Of a stretch of 64,000 nt of DNA, positions 40,717 to 50,755 are shown piece by piece. The notes under the pieces were generated by a model. It ran no database searches. It was not told where the DNA came from and worked only from the letters and a program-made list of their open reading frames with translations. The translations under genes and the position numbers were made by a program. Positions within the stretch are counted from its first letter, which is position 1; each line of letters opens with the position of its first letter. This DNA comes from a virus, in IMG/VR virus record IMGVR_UViG_3300029915_000005; one strand, 5' to 3'.

Positions 40717-41090
40717 TGGAAATAATAATTAGTGAATTGAGATCGAGACGAGCGCCTATGTTTGAGTCTGATGCTGCTGGCAGCATGGATTCAAACACAA
40801 CTTCTGCTATGCCTAATACTCGATACTATGATGGTGGAGATGCTTATTTTCATTATAGATCGATGGTAATGGTCAGCAGTTTTCCAGACAAACCAAAAAT
40901 TGATCCTTATGGACCAACTGCTGATTATCCATTTTCAAGTGCTTATACTCCAGAGGAAGATTCTATGATAGCAGCCGCTGCAAAGTTGTGTGGTTATCCA
41001 GGTAAAAGGTTGGGAAATTCCAAAAGCATAGAAAATGATGATATTCATCGTGTTTCACCTAATAATCACAATAGCGGGAAAAATAAATAA
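40716..41090 (+). CDS. Hypothetical protein
   Basis: Coupled ORF; MEIIISEL N-terminus. Confidence 0.6.
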   Translation: MEIIISELRSRRAPMFESDAAGSMDSNTTSAMPNTRYYDGGDAYFHYRSMVMVSSFPDKPKIDPYGPTADYPFSSAYTPEEDSMIAAAAKLCGYPGKRLGNSKSIENDDIHRVSPNNHNSGKNK

Positions 41091-41146
41091 AGGAAATTTA
41101 AGTCAGCACATAAAATCAAAACATCTAAATAAGCATAAATACTAAT

Positions 41147-42481
41147 ATGAAAATAGATGAAGTTCTTAAAATTGGAAAAATAAAGCCAGGAGGTTTTCGC
41201 AAAATTTCTCCTAAGAGAGTCAATGATGTAATTGGATTTATTCAAAACAATTGTACGGATATTTTATCTACATACAAACAAACAAACAAATTACTTTATC
41301 GTGGTACAAAAGAATTTAACTTTTTAAGAAGTCCAGAATTTTTTTTAAAAAAATCCTATGATAAAAGAATACCAAAAGATACTATCAAAAAATATCAAGA
41401 TCAGTTAGATAGAAAATTAAAAGAAGCTGGATTTGAAGCATTAAGAAGTAACAGTATTTTTACAACTGGACAAGAAAGTACAGCAGATTCTTATGGAGAT
41501 AAGTATGCTATATTTCCAATTGATGGATTTTCATATACTTGGGCGGAAGGAGTAGAAGATTTAACTACTAAATATGGGTTGACTGATGAACATGAGCACG
41601 GAGATTTTAAACACGATTTGGAATTTTCTAAAGCAAAAGATTTTATAAAAGATTATCATTTTAGAAATGATGATTTAAAACAGGCGATAAAAAATAAAGT
41701 AGAAGTTTATATTCATGGAACATTTGTTGCAGTAAAAGCAGAACATGGATTATTTGAAATTATAATGTATGCATTGTTTGAAAATAAAATTGCTGAATTG
41801 TTTATAAAAGAAAGATTAAAAGTTGATGGAACTTTATTACAATACATAAAAAATCCAACCAAAACAATGATTTTTACAGCATTAAAAAAATCAGGAAATG
41901 CTATTAAATTTGTAAATAATCCGACGTATGCAATGCAACTGGCTGCTGTTAATAGTTTTGGATGCTCTATACAATACATAGAAAATCCAAGCGAAGAATT
42001 AAAACTGGCTGCGGTTTCTGAGAATCCATATGCTTTAAAATATATAAAAGATCCAAGTTATCAACTTCAAAAAATGGCAATAGAAAACGATGGTACTATA
42101 ATTTATTATATAGAAAGACCAACTGAAGAATTACTAGTAATGGCTGTATCTGACTATCCTTCAATATTTGGAAGTATAGTTAATAAATTACCCAAAAATA
42201 AAATGTCATTAAAAGTATTACTAGCTGCTGTTAAAGATGTATCAAATCTTAGATTTATAAAAGAAATATTTGGAAGTATACCATTACAAGTTCAGATGGC
42301 AGCAGTAAAACACGATGCTTTTGCAATGCAATGGTTACGCGATGCGTCTAAAGAAGTACAGATAGCAGCAATAAAACAAAATAATACTGTTGTTCGTAAT
42401 CTTTCTAATTTTCCATGGTGTACAGAAGCAAGAGATTTGGCATATAAACTATCAGGAATGAAGAAAGTTAACGATAAATAG
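41147..42481 (+). CDS. RSNSIFCT-family (ART-like) domain fused to 22-aa helical repeats (DUF4116-like)
   Basis: LYRG, RIPKDT, ALRSNSIFTT, EVYIHG, then IQYIENPSEELKLAAV-type repeats. Confidence 0.7.
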   Translation: MKIDEVLKIGKIKPGGFRKISPKRVNDVIGFIQNNCTDILSTYKQTNKLLYRGTKEFNFLRSPEFFLKKSYDKRIPKDTIKKYQDQLDRKLKEAGFEALRSNSIFTTGQESTADSYGDKYAIFPIDGFSYTWAEGVEDLTTKYGLTDEHEHGDFKHDLEFSKAKDFIKDYHFRNDDLKQAIKNKVEVYIHGTFVAVKAEHGLFEIIMYALFENKIAELFIKERLKVDGTLLQYIKNPTKTMIFTALKKSGNAIKFVNNPTYAMQLAAVNSFGCSIQYIENPSEELKLAAVSENPYALKYIKDPSYQLQKMAIENDGTIIYYIERPTEELLVMAVSDYPSIFGSIVNKLPKNKMSLKVLLAAVKDVSNLRFIKEIFGSIPLQVQMAAVKHDAFAMQWLRDASKEVQIAAIKQNNTVVRNLSNFPWCTEARDLAYKLSGMKKVNDK

Positions 42482-42485
42482 ATAT

Positions 42486-42710
42486 ATGCCGTCAAAACTT
42501 ACAACTGAACAATTTATAAAAAAAGCTAAAATAAAGCATTCTAATATTTTTGACTATTCAAAATCAGTATATATTGATTCTAGAACAAAGATAGAAATTA
42601 TTTGCCCAATGCATGGTTCATTTTGGCAAGTAGCTCGCGCTCATTTATTTGGAAAAGGTTGTTATAAATGTAATGGAAAAGAATTATTGAATTCACAAGC
42701 AAAATATTAA
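42486..42710 (+). pseudogene. Truncated homing endonuclease (single DUF723-like zinc repeat)
   Basis: TTEQFIKKA...DYSKSVY...IICPMHGSFWQ...GCYKC with no nuclease domain. Confidence 0.6.
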
Positions 42711-42714
42711 TATA

Positions 42715-44286
42715 ATGAAAAATCAAGCGGATTACTCATTAATTAAAAAACCACACAGACCAATGGCTTTTACAACGGATCAGTTGAAGGAGTTCGCAAA
42801 ATGTGCTGACCCAATAACTGGTCCTGCTTATTTTTTAAATAATTATTTTTGGACGCAACATCCAACAAAAGGAAAGTTACAATATCATCCATATGATTAT
42901 CAAGAAAATATGCTTAATGTTATGCATAATAATAGAAAAAGTGTTTTATTATGCGGCAGACAATTAGGAAAAACTATTACTGCTGCTGGATATTTATTAT
43001 GGTGTGCATCTTTCACTTCAGATTTAACGGTTATGATAGCAGCCCACAAATTTTCATTTGCTACTGAAGTTATGGTTAGAATTAAATATGCTTATGAATC
43101 AATACCAGATTTTTTACGAGCAGGAGTAGTAGAATATAATAAACAGTCAATAACATTCGATAATGGTTCAAGAATAATATCTCAAACTACTACACCCACT
43201 ACTGGTAGAGGATTCTCAGTTGGATTATTCTTTGTTGATGAATTTTCTTATGTAGCTCCGTCTATTCAAGAAGCATTTTATACATCAATTTCTCCAACAT
43301 TGTCAACTGGTGGTAAAATTATTATTTCTTCGACGCCGCAAAGTAATGAGGACAAATTTGCTAATATATGGAATGAAGCTAATAAAACTGTTGATGCAAA
43401 TGGAGATACTATTGCTGGAGAAGTTGGAATTAATGGATTTAAAGCATTTAAAGCGTTATGGTATGAACACCCAGAAAGAGATGAAAAGTGGGAAGCAGAA
43501 GCAAGAGCTGACTTAGGCCCTGAAAAATTTTTGAGAGAGCATCTTTGTGAATTTATTATTGATGAAGAAACATTGATTAATCCTTTCAAATTAAATCAAC
43601 TACAAGGGATAGAACCAATAGAAAAACAAGGCCAAATAAGATGGTATGGAAGACCTATAAAAGATAATACTTATTTAGTAGCTCTTGATCCTAGTTTTGG
43701 AACTGGGGGAGACCCAGCAGCCATTCAAGTTATAGAATGTGAAACATTGAAACAAATTGCTGAATGGACACATAATAAAACAGTTATTGAAAAGCAAGTA
43801 GATTTATTAAAAGAAATAACTACTCAATTGGTCAATGTTACGCCAAACGATAAAGTTTTTTGGAGTGTAGAAAATAATAATTTAGGAGAAGCAGTTCTTG
43901 TAACTATTAGAAATATTGGGGAAGAAAATATTCCAGGAATATTTTTATCAGAGCCAGTAAAACTTGGTCAATCAAGAAAATTTAGAAAAGGATTTTGCAC
44001 AACTAACTCTAGTAAATTAACTGCTTGCGCAAAATTAAAGAAATTAATTGAAAGTGATAAATTAAAAATATATAGTAAAAAATTAATAAGTGAATTAAAA
44101 ACGTTTATCGCTGTTGAAAATACATACAAAGCAAAAACTGGCGAAACTGATGATTTGGTTACATCAATGTTAACTAATATAAGAATGCTAACTTTAATTC
44201 AAACCTATATTCCTAATTTAGATGAAGAAAAAGAAGAATCGGATGAAGATATTCCATTGCCATTTTTTGTTGAGCACTATTGGTAA
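42715..44286 (+). CDS. gp17: Terminase large subunit (T4 gp17-like)
   Basis: Walker A GRQLGKT, Walker B FFVDE, nuclease ALDPS and TDDLV. Confidence 0.95.
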   Translation: MKNQADYSLIKKPHRPMAFTTDQLKEFAKCADPITGPAYFLNNYFWTQHPTKGKLQYHPYDYQENMLNVMHNNRKSVLLCGRQLGKTITAAGYLLWCASFTSDLTVMIAAHKFSFATEVMVRIKYAYESIPDFLRAGVVEYNKQSITFDNGSRIISQTTTPTTGRGFSVGLFFVDEFSYVAPSIQEAFYTSISPTLSTGGKIIISSTPQSNEDKFANIWNEANKTVDANGDTIAGEVGINGFKAFKALWYEHPERDEKWEAEARADLGPEKFLREHLCEFIIDEETLINPFKLNQLQGIEPIEKQGQIRWYGRPIKDNTYLVALDPSFGTGGDPAAIQVIECETLKQIAEWTHNKTVIEKQVDLLKEITTQLVNVTPNDKVFWSVENNNLGEAVLVTIRNIGEENIPGIFLSEPVKLGQSRKFRKGFCTTNSSKLTACAKLKKLIESDKLKIYSKKLISELKTFIAVENTYKAKTGETDDLVTSMLTNIRMLTLIQTYIPNLDEEKEESDEDIPLPFFVEHYW

Positions 44287-44316
44287 AAAGAATAAATACA
44301 ATAGAGGAATTATAAT

Positions 44317-45897
44317 ATGCTAAAAGAAAATACCAGTTCATATGTATTTGAATTTTTAAAATCCCGCTTTGAATTGGGAGAAGCAGTCGATGAAAATGGC
44401 AATTCTACTACAACTCCAGAAGATATGCGAGTTTTTTCTTTTGATTTTAAGAATAAAAAAGGAGAAGACCTTGGTTGTGTAGTTTGTAGTCTGGTTGATG
44501 ATAGCGAGTCCTCAAATTCTTTAAAAATTTATTTTGGAGATGAATTAGCAAATGTTGATGCTGAATATCAAAAAGAGTGGTTGGATTTTCTTAAAAGCAT
44601 TAGACAATTTGCCAAAATACATATGCTTGGTTTTGATATAAGAAATATTAATAAATCAACTATTACTAGAAGAGATGTTGACCCAATGTTTGAAAGTTCT
44701 TTTGGACCGATTGATGGCACAGTGAGAACTAGCCGCCAGCCATTGGAAAATATGCAAATAATTATTAAACATACTGCAAATGTTGATCCTAAAATTAAAA
44801 ATTCAAGAAGTAGAAAAATTCAAAAGATATATCTTGCTAATAATCAAGGAGAAAAGTTTTTACTTCCATTCAAGAGTTTAATGGCTGCAAGAGCAATGGC
44901 TCGTCATATATATGCTGGTGGGACCCCATATGATGCAGTTGGTTCTGATATTTGTAGTTTAGTTGAAGAAATGGTTTCTCTAAGCAAATTCGTTAGAAAA
45001 ATGAAATCAAATACTTATGAAAATCCAGAAGCCATTAATGCAATTAATTCATCTATAGAAAGAATTCATGATATTAAACGCCAATTATCTAGTTTAAGTT
45101 CTCAAGGTGGTTATGATAAAAATAAACCATCTTTGACTGGAAATATGGGAAAATTAGAAGAAGATGAAGATATGCCTGATTTGTTTAATAATGAATCTCT
45201 AGATGACGAAAATAAAATGGCACTTCCTCATGTTATGAGAGCATATAGAAATAGAAAAACTCCAACAGAGACTGGTGAGTTTGAACAATGGGCAAATTCA
45301 GTTTCAACTGGCGAACCAGAACCAGGTGAAGAAATTTTGACAGATGAAGAGCAGAAAATATGTGGCACTTGCCCAAACACTATAGAAGGTAATGGTTTTG
45401 ATGATTCAGGATTGTGTCAAGATTGTTACAAATACAGTAGAAATCAAGAAGAATCTGATAGATATTGGGAACATAATAATTCATTGGATGAATCAGAAAC
45501 ATGGCAAGATAAATTGACTCAATGGGTAAATAGCAGTTTGGTTGATCCAAAATTAGAAGCAATTATAAAAGAAAGAGTCCCAACATTATATGCTCGTCTG
45601 GAAGATTTGAGACATGGCCGGGCAGCAGAAAAAATAACTAATAATGAAAAAATAAGAATAGAAAAAGCATTGAGAGCCATGTCTAAATTGACAGAAGCTG
45701 ATATGCCATCGTCTGCTGGTTCTGGCTCTCCTTTATCATATCCAAATTTAAAACCAATGGACGATTTTCACTCACCCAAAGAAATTAAAAAATTGAAAAA
45801 TACAATCGGTAAAGAAAGTCCACTTTCACTTATTTCAAGCAAAGAGAAATTAGAAGAAAGTGAATTAAATGATATTATTCGATTAAGCGGAAGATAA
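44317..45897 (+). CDS. Hypothetical head-associated protein with zinc-finger module and scaffold-like C-terminus
   Basis: CGTC...GLCQDCY module; ends ELNDIIRLSGR. Confidence 0.6.
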   Translation: MLKENTSSYVFEFLKSRFELGEAVDENGNSTTTPEDMRVFSFDFKNKKGEDLGCVVCSLVDDSESSNSLKIYFGDELANVDAEYQKEWLDFLKSIRQFAKIHMLGFDIRNINKSTITRRDVDPMFESSFGPIDGTVRTSRQPLENMQIIIKHTANVDPKIKNSRSRKIQKIYLANNQGEKFLLPFKSLMAARAMARHIYAGGTPYDAVGSDICSLVEEMVSLSKFVRKMKSNTYENPEAINAINSSIERIHDIKRQLSSLSSQGGYDKNKPSLTGNMGKLEEDEDMPDLFNNESLDDENKMALPHVMRAYRNRKTPTETGEFEQWANSVSTGEPEPGEEILTDEEQKICGTCPNTIEGNGFDDSGLCQDCYKYSRNQEESDRYWEHNNSLDESETWQDKLTQWVNSSLVDPKLEAIIKERVPTLYARLEDLRHGRAAEKITNNEKIRIEKALRAMSKLTEADMPSSAGSGSPLSYPNLKPMDDFHSPKEIKKLKNTIGKESPLSLISSKEKLEESELNDIIRLSGR

Positions 45898-45991
45898 AAT
45901 AAAATTAAAAGAAGGTCGGACAAAGTACAAATAGTATCTATTAAATATTACTGAATATCCAAAATAATTTCATAATTACTGTAGAAAAAAC

Positions 45992-46028
45992 TTGACATGA
46001 GGATAAATACAATGTTACTATATAAATA
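45992..46028 (+). promoter_or_regulatory. Stacked sigma70-like and late promoters for gp32
   Basis: TTGACA-18-TACTAT with TG extension; GATAAATA 46002-46009 and TATAAATA 46021-46028. Confidence 0.65.
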
Positions 46029-46085
46029 GTAACAAACATGGTTGATACAAAATATAAATTAAATTATGGTATATGGAGAAATGAC

Positions 46086-47063
46086 ATGGGAAACACATTA
46101 GCAGATATTCGCAAACGTCTTGCAGAAGCAGAAAAAAATAACAATCAACAATTTGATAATTCAAACTATGCTTTTTGGAATGCTCCAAATGGTTCAACAG
46201 CAGAAGTTCGTTTTGTCCCAGATGGCGATCCAACTAACACTTTCTTTTGGGTTGAAAAACTTCAGATTAAACTTCCATTTAATGGAATTAAAAATGGCGA
46301 ATCAAAGCCAATTTATGTAAATGTTCCTTGTGTTGAAATGTTCGGGCGCACTGAATATCCACAAGGTTGCCCAATTTTAAGTGAAGTTCGTGCATGGTAT
46401 AAAGAAAAAGACCCTGCTTCAACTGAATTGGCAAACAAGTATTGGAAGAAACCAACATTCATTATGCACGGATTTGTTCGTGTAAATCCAGTAGCAGATG
46501 ATAAAGCACCTGAAAATCCAATTCGCAAATTTTCGTTCAATAAACAGTTGTTCAATATTATTAAAGCTGGTCTGATGGATAAAGATATGGAAAATATTCC
46601 ATCTGATTATTCAACTGGGACTGATTTTAAAATCCTAAAGACAGCAAAAGGTCAATATGCAGATTATGGAACAAGTTCATATTCTCGCAGAGAATCAGCA
46701 TTGACTCCTGTAGAATTGGCTGCAATTGAAACTTATAAACTAAACAACTTATCTGATTATTTGGGTAAGAAGCCAACAGCAGAGGACTTGGAAGTTATCA
46801 AAGAAATGTTTGAAGCTTCAGTTAATGGCGAGGCTTATGATGAAGAAAAGTGGGGCAAATTTTATCGTCCTGTTAATTTCAAAGTCAATGAAACTTCAAC
46901 TTCTGCGGAAACTAGTGAACCAGTTGAAGCTAACTCAGTTGTTAGTGAGAAATCAACTCCAGTAGAAGATGCTCCTCCAGCAGTTCCAGCAACCACTGGA
47001 AAAAATAATGCTGCTGATATTTTGGCTGCAATTAGACGCAAAAAATCAGAAACACCCAAGTAA
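46086..47063 (+). CDS. gp32: Single-stranded DNA-binding protein (T4 gp32-like)
   Basis: VRFVPDGD, FFWVEK, CPIL, GTDFKILKT, ADYGTSS; ATG after GGAG. Confidence 0.9.
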   Translation: MGNTLADIRKRLAEAEKNNNQQFDNSNYAFWNAPNGSTAEVRFVPDGDPTNTFFWVEKLQIKLPFNGIKNGESKPIYVNVPCVEMFGRTEYPQGCPILSEVRAWYKEKDPASTELANKYWKKPTFIMHGFVRVNPVADDKAPENPIRKFSFNKQLFNIIKAGLMDKDMENIPSDYSTGTDFKILKTAKGQYADYGTSSYSRRESALTPVELAAIETYKLNNLSDYLGKKPTAEDLEVIKEMFEASVNGEAYDEEKWGKFYRPVNFKVNETSTSAETSEPVEANSVVSEKSTPVEDAPPAVPATTGKNNAADILAAIRRKKSETPK

Positions 47064-47076
47064 ATTGGAGAATAAT

Positions 47077-47118
47077 ACGAAAGCCAGTGTATAAAATCAT
47101 TGGCTTTCGTTCTGTTTT
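47077..47118 (+). terminator. Intrinsic terminator
   Basis: acgaaagccagtg / cattggctttcgt then T-rich. Confidence 0.7.
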
Positions 47119-47150
47119 ATAATAAATTACAATTTTTATAGGAGTTCATC

Positions 47151-48083
47151 ATGGCAAAGCCTTTTGATGTAAGTCGTTTTAGGAAAAGCATAACCAAATC
47201 AATAGAAGGCATGAGCATTGGTTTTCGTGATCCAAAGATTTGGATTTCAACTGGAAACTATTGTCTTAATTATTTAATTAGTGGAAGATTTGATACAGGC
47301 ATCCCGTTGGGAAAAATTACAGTATTTGCAGGCGCTCCAGGAGCAGGAAAATCATTAATTGTATCTGGAAATATTATAAAAGATGCACAAGAACAGGGAA
47401 TTTATGTAATTTTAATTGATAGTGAAAATGCTCTTGATGAAGATTGGTTGAAAGCATTGGGAGTTGATACAAGCGAAGATAAGTTACTGAAATTAAATAT
47501 GGCAATGATTAATGATGTTGCTAAAATGATCAGTGATTTTGTTAAGCAATATAAATTGATTCCAGTTGATGAACGACAAAAAGTATTATTTGTGGTTGAT
47601 TCTTTGGGTATGCTTTTAACTCCTACTATGGTAAATCAAATGGAAGCAGGATCTATGAAAGGAGATATGGGAATTAAAGCCAAACAGCTAAAAGCAATGA
47701 TTATTAATTGCGTTAATATGTTTGGTGATCTCGATATAGGAATGGTGGCAACAAATCATATCTATTCTTCTCAAGATCAATATTCAGATGATATAATTTC
47801 AGGCGGGTGTTTAACAAATGATCATAAAATACAGTTAGTTAACGATGAGTTAAAATTAATTGGAGATATTAAAGTTGGTGATATTGTTAAAACTTTGGAT
47901 GGCGATAAAGAAGTTACAGAAACTTATAATTATCTTGATAAAGAAGTGTTTGAATTACAACTAGAGGATGGGCAAATTATTAAAGCTACTTCGGAACATA
48001 AATTTTTAGTAGAATCTGATGATGGTTATATTTGGAAAAAAGTAGCAGATTTAAATGAAGAAGATGAAATCTTATCCCTTTAA
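47151..48083 (+). CDS. uvsX: UvsX/RecA recombinase N-extein (219 aa) plus split-intein N-half (91 aa, 47808-48080)
   Basis: GAPGAGKS, VVDSLG, ATNH; then CLTNDHKI...ATSEHKF...LNEEDEI. Confidence 0.9.
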   Translation: MAKPFDVSRFRKSITKSIEGMSIGFRDPKIWISTGNYCLNYLISGRFDTGIPLGKITVFAGAPGAGKSLIVSGNIIKDAQEQGIYVILIDSENALDEDWLKALGVDTSEDKLLKLNMAMINDVAKMISDFVKQYKLIPVDERQKVLFVVDSLGMLLTPTMVNQMEAGSMKGDMGIKAKQLKAMIINCVNMFGDLDIGMVATNHIYSSQDQYSDDIISGGCLTNDHKIQLVNDELKLIGDIKVGDIVKTLDGDKEVTETYNYLDKEVFELQLEDGQIIKATSEHKFLVESDDGYIWKKVADLNEEDEILSL

Positions 48084-48267
48084 TCCTGATCCTCCACTAA
48101 TATTATCATAAATAAGAGCAAAAAATATATGGAATGAAGATAATGAGAGAATAGAAGCAATAAAACGTCTTAGAAATTTTAAAGTATTCATTGTTTGGGA
48201 AAGTGAAGCGAAATTAATGATAACTAAAATTAAAGAGGAAATTAAAAATGAAATCAATAAAAATTAA
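48064..48267 (+). pseudogene. Internally deleted Vsr-like endonuclease remnant between the split-intein halves
   Basis: One frame: MKSYPFNPDPPLILS* then IRAKNIWNEDNERIEAIKRLRNFKVFIVWESE. Confidence 0.65.
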
Positions 48268-48778
48268 ATCAAAGCAATGTATTGGAATTAAGCCAGTTTA
48301 CGATATTCAAGTAAAAGATGCTCATCATTATATATTAGAAAATGGAGTAATAAGTCATAATAGTGGTTTTCTCTTTGCCAGCAGTATTATTGTATCAATG
48401 GATGTTTTTAAGTTAAAACAAGATGAAGAAGGAAACAAAACTAAAGAAGTTGCTGGAATTAGATCAAAATGTAAAGTGGTAAAATCCCGTTATAATAAAC
48501 CGTTTGAATCAGTGGAAATTCACATCCCGTATGCTTCAGGAATGGACCCATATTCAGGATTGTTCGATTTATTTTTTGAAAAACAGCATTTACTTACTAA
48601 AGCTGGCAATAGATATGTTTATACTGACTTAACTGGAGTAGAGCATTCACATTGGAAGAAAGATTATCTAACAAATAAAGATCAAATTCTTGATTTGATA
48701 ATGAAAGAATTTGATCCAGAAAAAGTAAATATGACTAGTACTGTGGAAGATATTTCAGAAGAAACAGAAGAAGAATAA
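48248..48778 (+). CDS. uvsX: Split-intein C-half (38 aa, 48248-48361) plus UvsX C-extein
   Basis: MKSIKIKS...VYDIQV...NGVISHN followed by SGFLFASSIIV, KSRYNKPF, GMDPYSGL. Confidence 0.9.
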   Translation: MKSIKIKSKQCIGIKPVYDIQVKDAHHYILENGVISHNSGFLFASSIIVSMDVFKLKQDEEGNKTKEVAGIRSKCKVVKSRYNKPFESVEIHIPYASGMDPYSGLFDLFFEKQHLLTKAGNRYVYTDLTGVEHSHWKKDYLTNKDQILDLIMKEFDPEKVNMTSTVEDISEETEEE

Positions 48779-48827
48779 TTCTACTTTGAATAAATAACGG
48801 GTGAAGGAAACTTCACCCTATTAAATA

Positions 48828-49094
48828 ATGTGCAAAAGGAAAGAAAAAATGACCAAAGAAACTCCTGAACTTATCGCTGAATGCTGGTTGCTTTTAGTGG
48901 AATACATCCCACGCAGAGATCATATTCCAGCCGCTGAACAATTATTGACATATTTAGAGTCTGTGTTGGACAAAGAAGAATTGGCAGAAATTGCAGATTT
49001 GGATGCTGATTTATCTAAAGCATACGATGTTATTTCAGAAGAAAATTCAGATGAATATGATGATGATTTTGATGATACTGAAGAGGATGAGTAA
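48828..49094 (+). CDS. Hypothetical acidic protein
   Basis: Intact ORF between uvsX and uvsY. Confidence 0.6.
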   Translation: MCKRKEKMTKETPELIAECWLLLVEYIPRRDHIPAAEQLLTYLESVLDKEELAEIADLDADLSKAYDVISEENSDEYDDDFDDTEEDE

Positions 49095-49552
49095 TGTGGT
49101 ATAACAAAATAGTTTCCAATATTTCACTAATTCCTGATATGATATCATATTATGAAGGTGAATTATTGGAAGCTAAAAAAGAAGTTAGTATATATGGAAA
49201 CTTAGAAAAGAATTTGGCTTGTCTTCCTGGTCAAACTGAATTTAGATTTTATCAACTTCAGGAAATTGAAGCTATCCTAAATTATCTCAACATAGAATTA
49301 AGAAAGATTCAACAAAAATATTTCAAACAATATTCAGAATCATACAATAAAGCATTGACAAGTAGGGAATCTGAGAAGTATGCATCAGGAGAACAGGATG
49401 TTTGTGATTTTGAAATGATCATTAATGATGTTGCATTGGTAAGAAATAAATATTTGGGAATCCTTAAAGGCCTTGAATCTAAAGGATTTCAATTGAGTAG
49501 TATTACAAAGATTAGATGCGCTGGAATGGAAGATGTAACAATATCAAAATAA
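49094..49552 (+). CDS. uvsY: Recombination mediator UvsY
   Basis: YNKALTSRESEKY, RNKYLGILKGLESK; position after uvsX. Confidence 0.8.
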   Translation: MWYNKIVSNISLIPDMISYYEGELLEAKKEVSIYGNLEKNLACLPGQTEFRFYQLQEIEAILNYLNIELRKIQQKYFKQYSESYNKALTSRESEKYASGEQDVCDFEMIINDVALVRNKYLGILKGLESKGFQLSSITKIRCAGMEDVTISK

Positions 49553-49582
49553 AAGCCACTCAAATTGAGTGGCTTTTATTTT
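49546..49582. terminator. Bidirectional terminator between convergent units
   Basis: aaaataaaagccactcaa / ttgagtggcttttatttt. Confidence 0.85.
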
Positions 49583-49890
49583 GTTAATCTAAATTGAATC
49601 CATTTAATATATAATTTTTTCAGTGTTCGATTGATAGCATATATTTCTTTACGATCTGGCAAAACATTAAATGGTTCCCAAAAATGTGTTGTATATAACT
49701 CTCTTAAAATTTCCTTAGTATGATATAAATCATCACCTAAATTTATTAAATTTTGTGTATAACTATTTGGCTTTTCGCCAAAATAACAAGTTCCGACTAA
49801 GATGGTAGTATACTCATAGATTTTTGAAGAACATAAATCTAGTTCATTCATTACTTTGATTGTATCTTTTTTACTTAATATTCTCCACAC
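49576..49890 (-). CDS. Small hypothetical early protein
   Basis: Operon member; ends IQFRLTK. Confidence 0.6.
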   Translation of the reverse strand: MWRILSKKDTIKVMNELDLCSSKIYEYTTILVGTCYFGEKPNSYTQNLINLGDDLYHTKEILRELYTTHFWEPFNVLPDRKEIYAINRTLKKLYIKWIQFRLTK

Positions 49891-49891
49891 A

Positions 49892-50185
49892 TCAACTCTC
49901 CAGTTTGATAATTAACGCTAGATTATAGTTAGCTCTCAATAATTCATTTATTTCATAAAGTTTATTGCTACTTACATTGGAATCCGCTGGTATAAGTTTT
50001 TCAATTTCATCTATACGCGCATCGAACACTCTAATGTTTTCATTTTCTTCTATATCCATAGAATCCATGTCAAATCTTGAAATATAATTAAGAAATATAT
50101 CAATCATTTCGTTACGAATTGGATCATAATCTTTGGCTTTTTTAATCTTCCACATATTTTCTTGCGATGCAATGATCTGGTTCAT
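49892..50185 (-). CDS. Small hypothetical early protein
   Basis: Ends LIIKLES. Confidence 0.6.
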   Translation of the reverse strand: MNQIIASQENMWKIKKAKDYDPIRNEMIDIFLNYISRFDMDSMDIEENENIRVFDARIDEIEKLIPADSNVSSNKLYEINELLRANYNLALIIKLES

Positions 50186-50451
50186 TGAGATAATTTCTCC
50201 GCGACCCTATTTTGTACAACTGTCCATCCAAGCTTCCAAGCATGTTTTTCATTTTTGTGGCTGGCAGAAATTTCTTGATTATTAATAGAAACTACCCAAA
50301 GAATAATACTCTGTCCAATATTATCGTATGTATATCCTCTTTGCTGCTTATATTTTTTTTCAGGTCTGAAGTAAAAACGAATAGGCAAAGATATTGCACG
50401 AATGTATGCATCAGGATAAATGTTTAATATTTTTTGTTTATATGATTTCAT
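50182..50451 (-). CDS. Small hypothetical early protein
   Basis: Ends VAEKLSQ. Confidence 0.6.
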   Translation of the reverse strand: MKSYKQKILNIYPDAYIRAISLPIRFYFRPEKKYKQQRGYTYDNIGQSIILWVVSINNQEISASHKNEKHAWKLGWTVVQNRVAEKLSQ

Positions 50452-50527
50452 TCGCTCATCTTTCTAAGTATTTGTTAAATTCTTTTCCAAGCATTCTTCC
50501 ATGCTGAACTGTAAAATATAGATGGCA

Positions 50528-50755
50528 TTAGCTTGCCAACTTTCTAATAAGTAGTTCGTTTTTCAATACTTGTAGTTCTGCCATCACTTTGCTTTCATTA
50601 TTGCGAATAAAAGAATCTCTAATACAATAAAAATGGAAGTTGGTAAATATAGTAAACTTTTTATCTTCTGGTGAAAATGGATACGATAATTTTTTTACTA
50701 TGTCTTTATATATTCTTTCAATATCATTGATTTCTTTCATTAATTCATTTTTCAT
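50528..50755 (-). CDS. Small hypothetical early protein
   Basis: Ends LLIRKLAS. Confidence 0.6.
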   Translation of the reverse strand: MKNELMKEINDIERIYKDIVKKLSYPFSPEDKKFTIFTNFHFYCIRDSFIRNNESKVMAELQVLKNELLIRKLAS

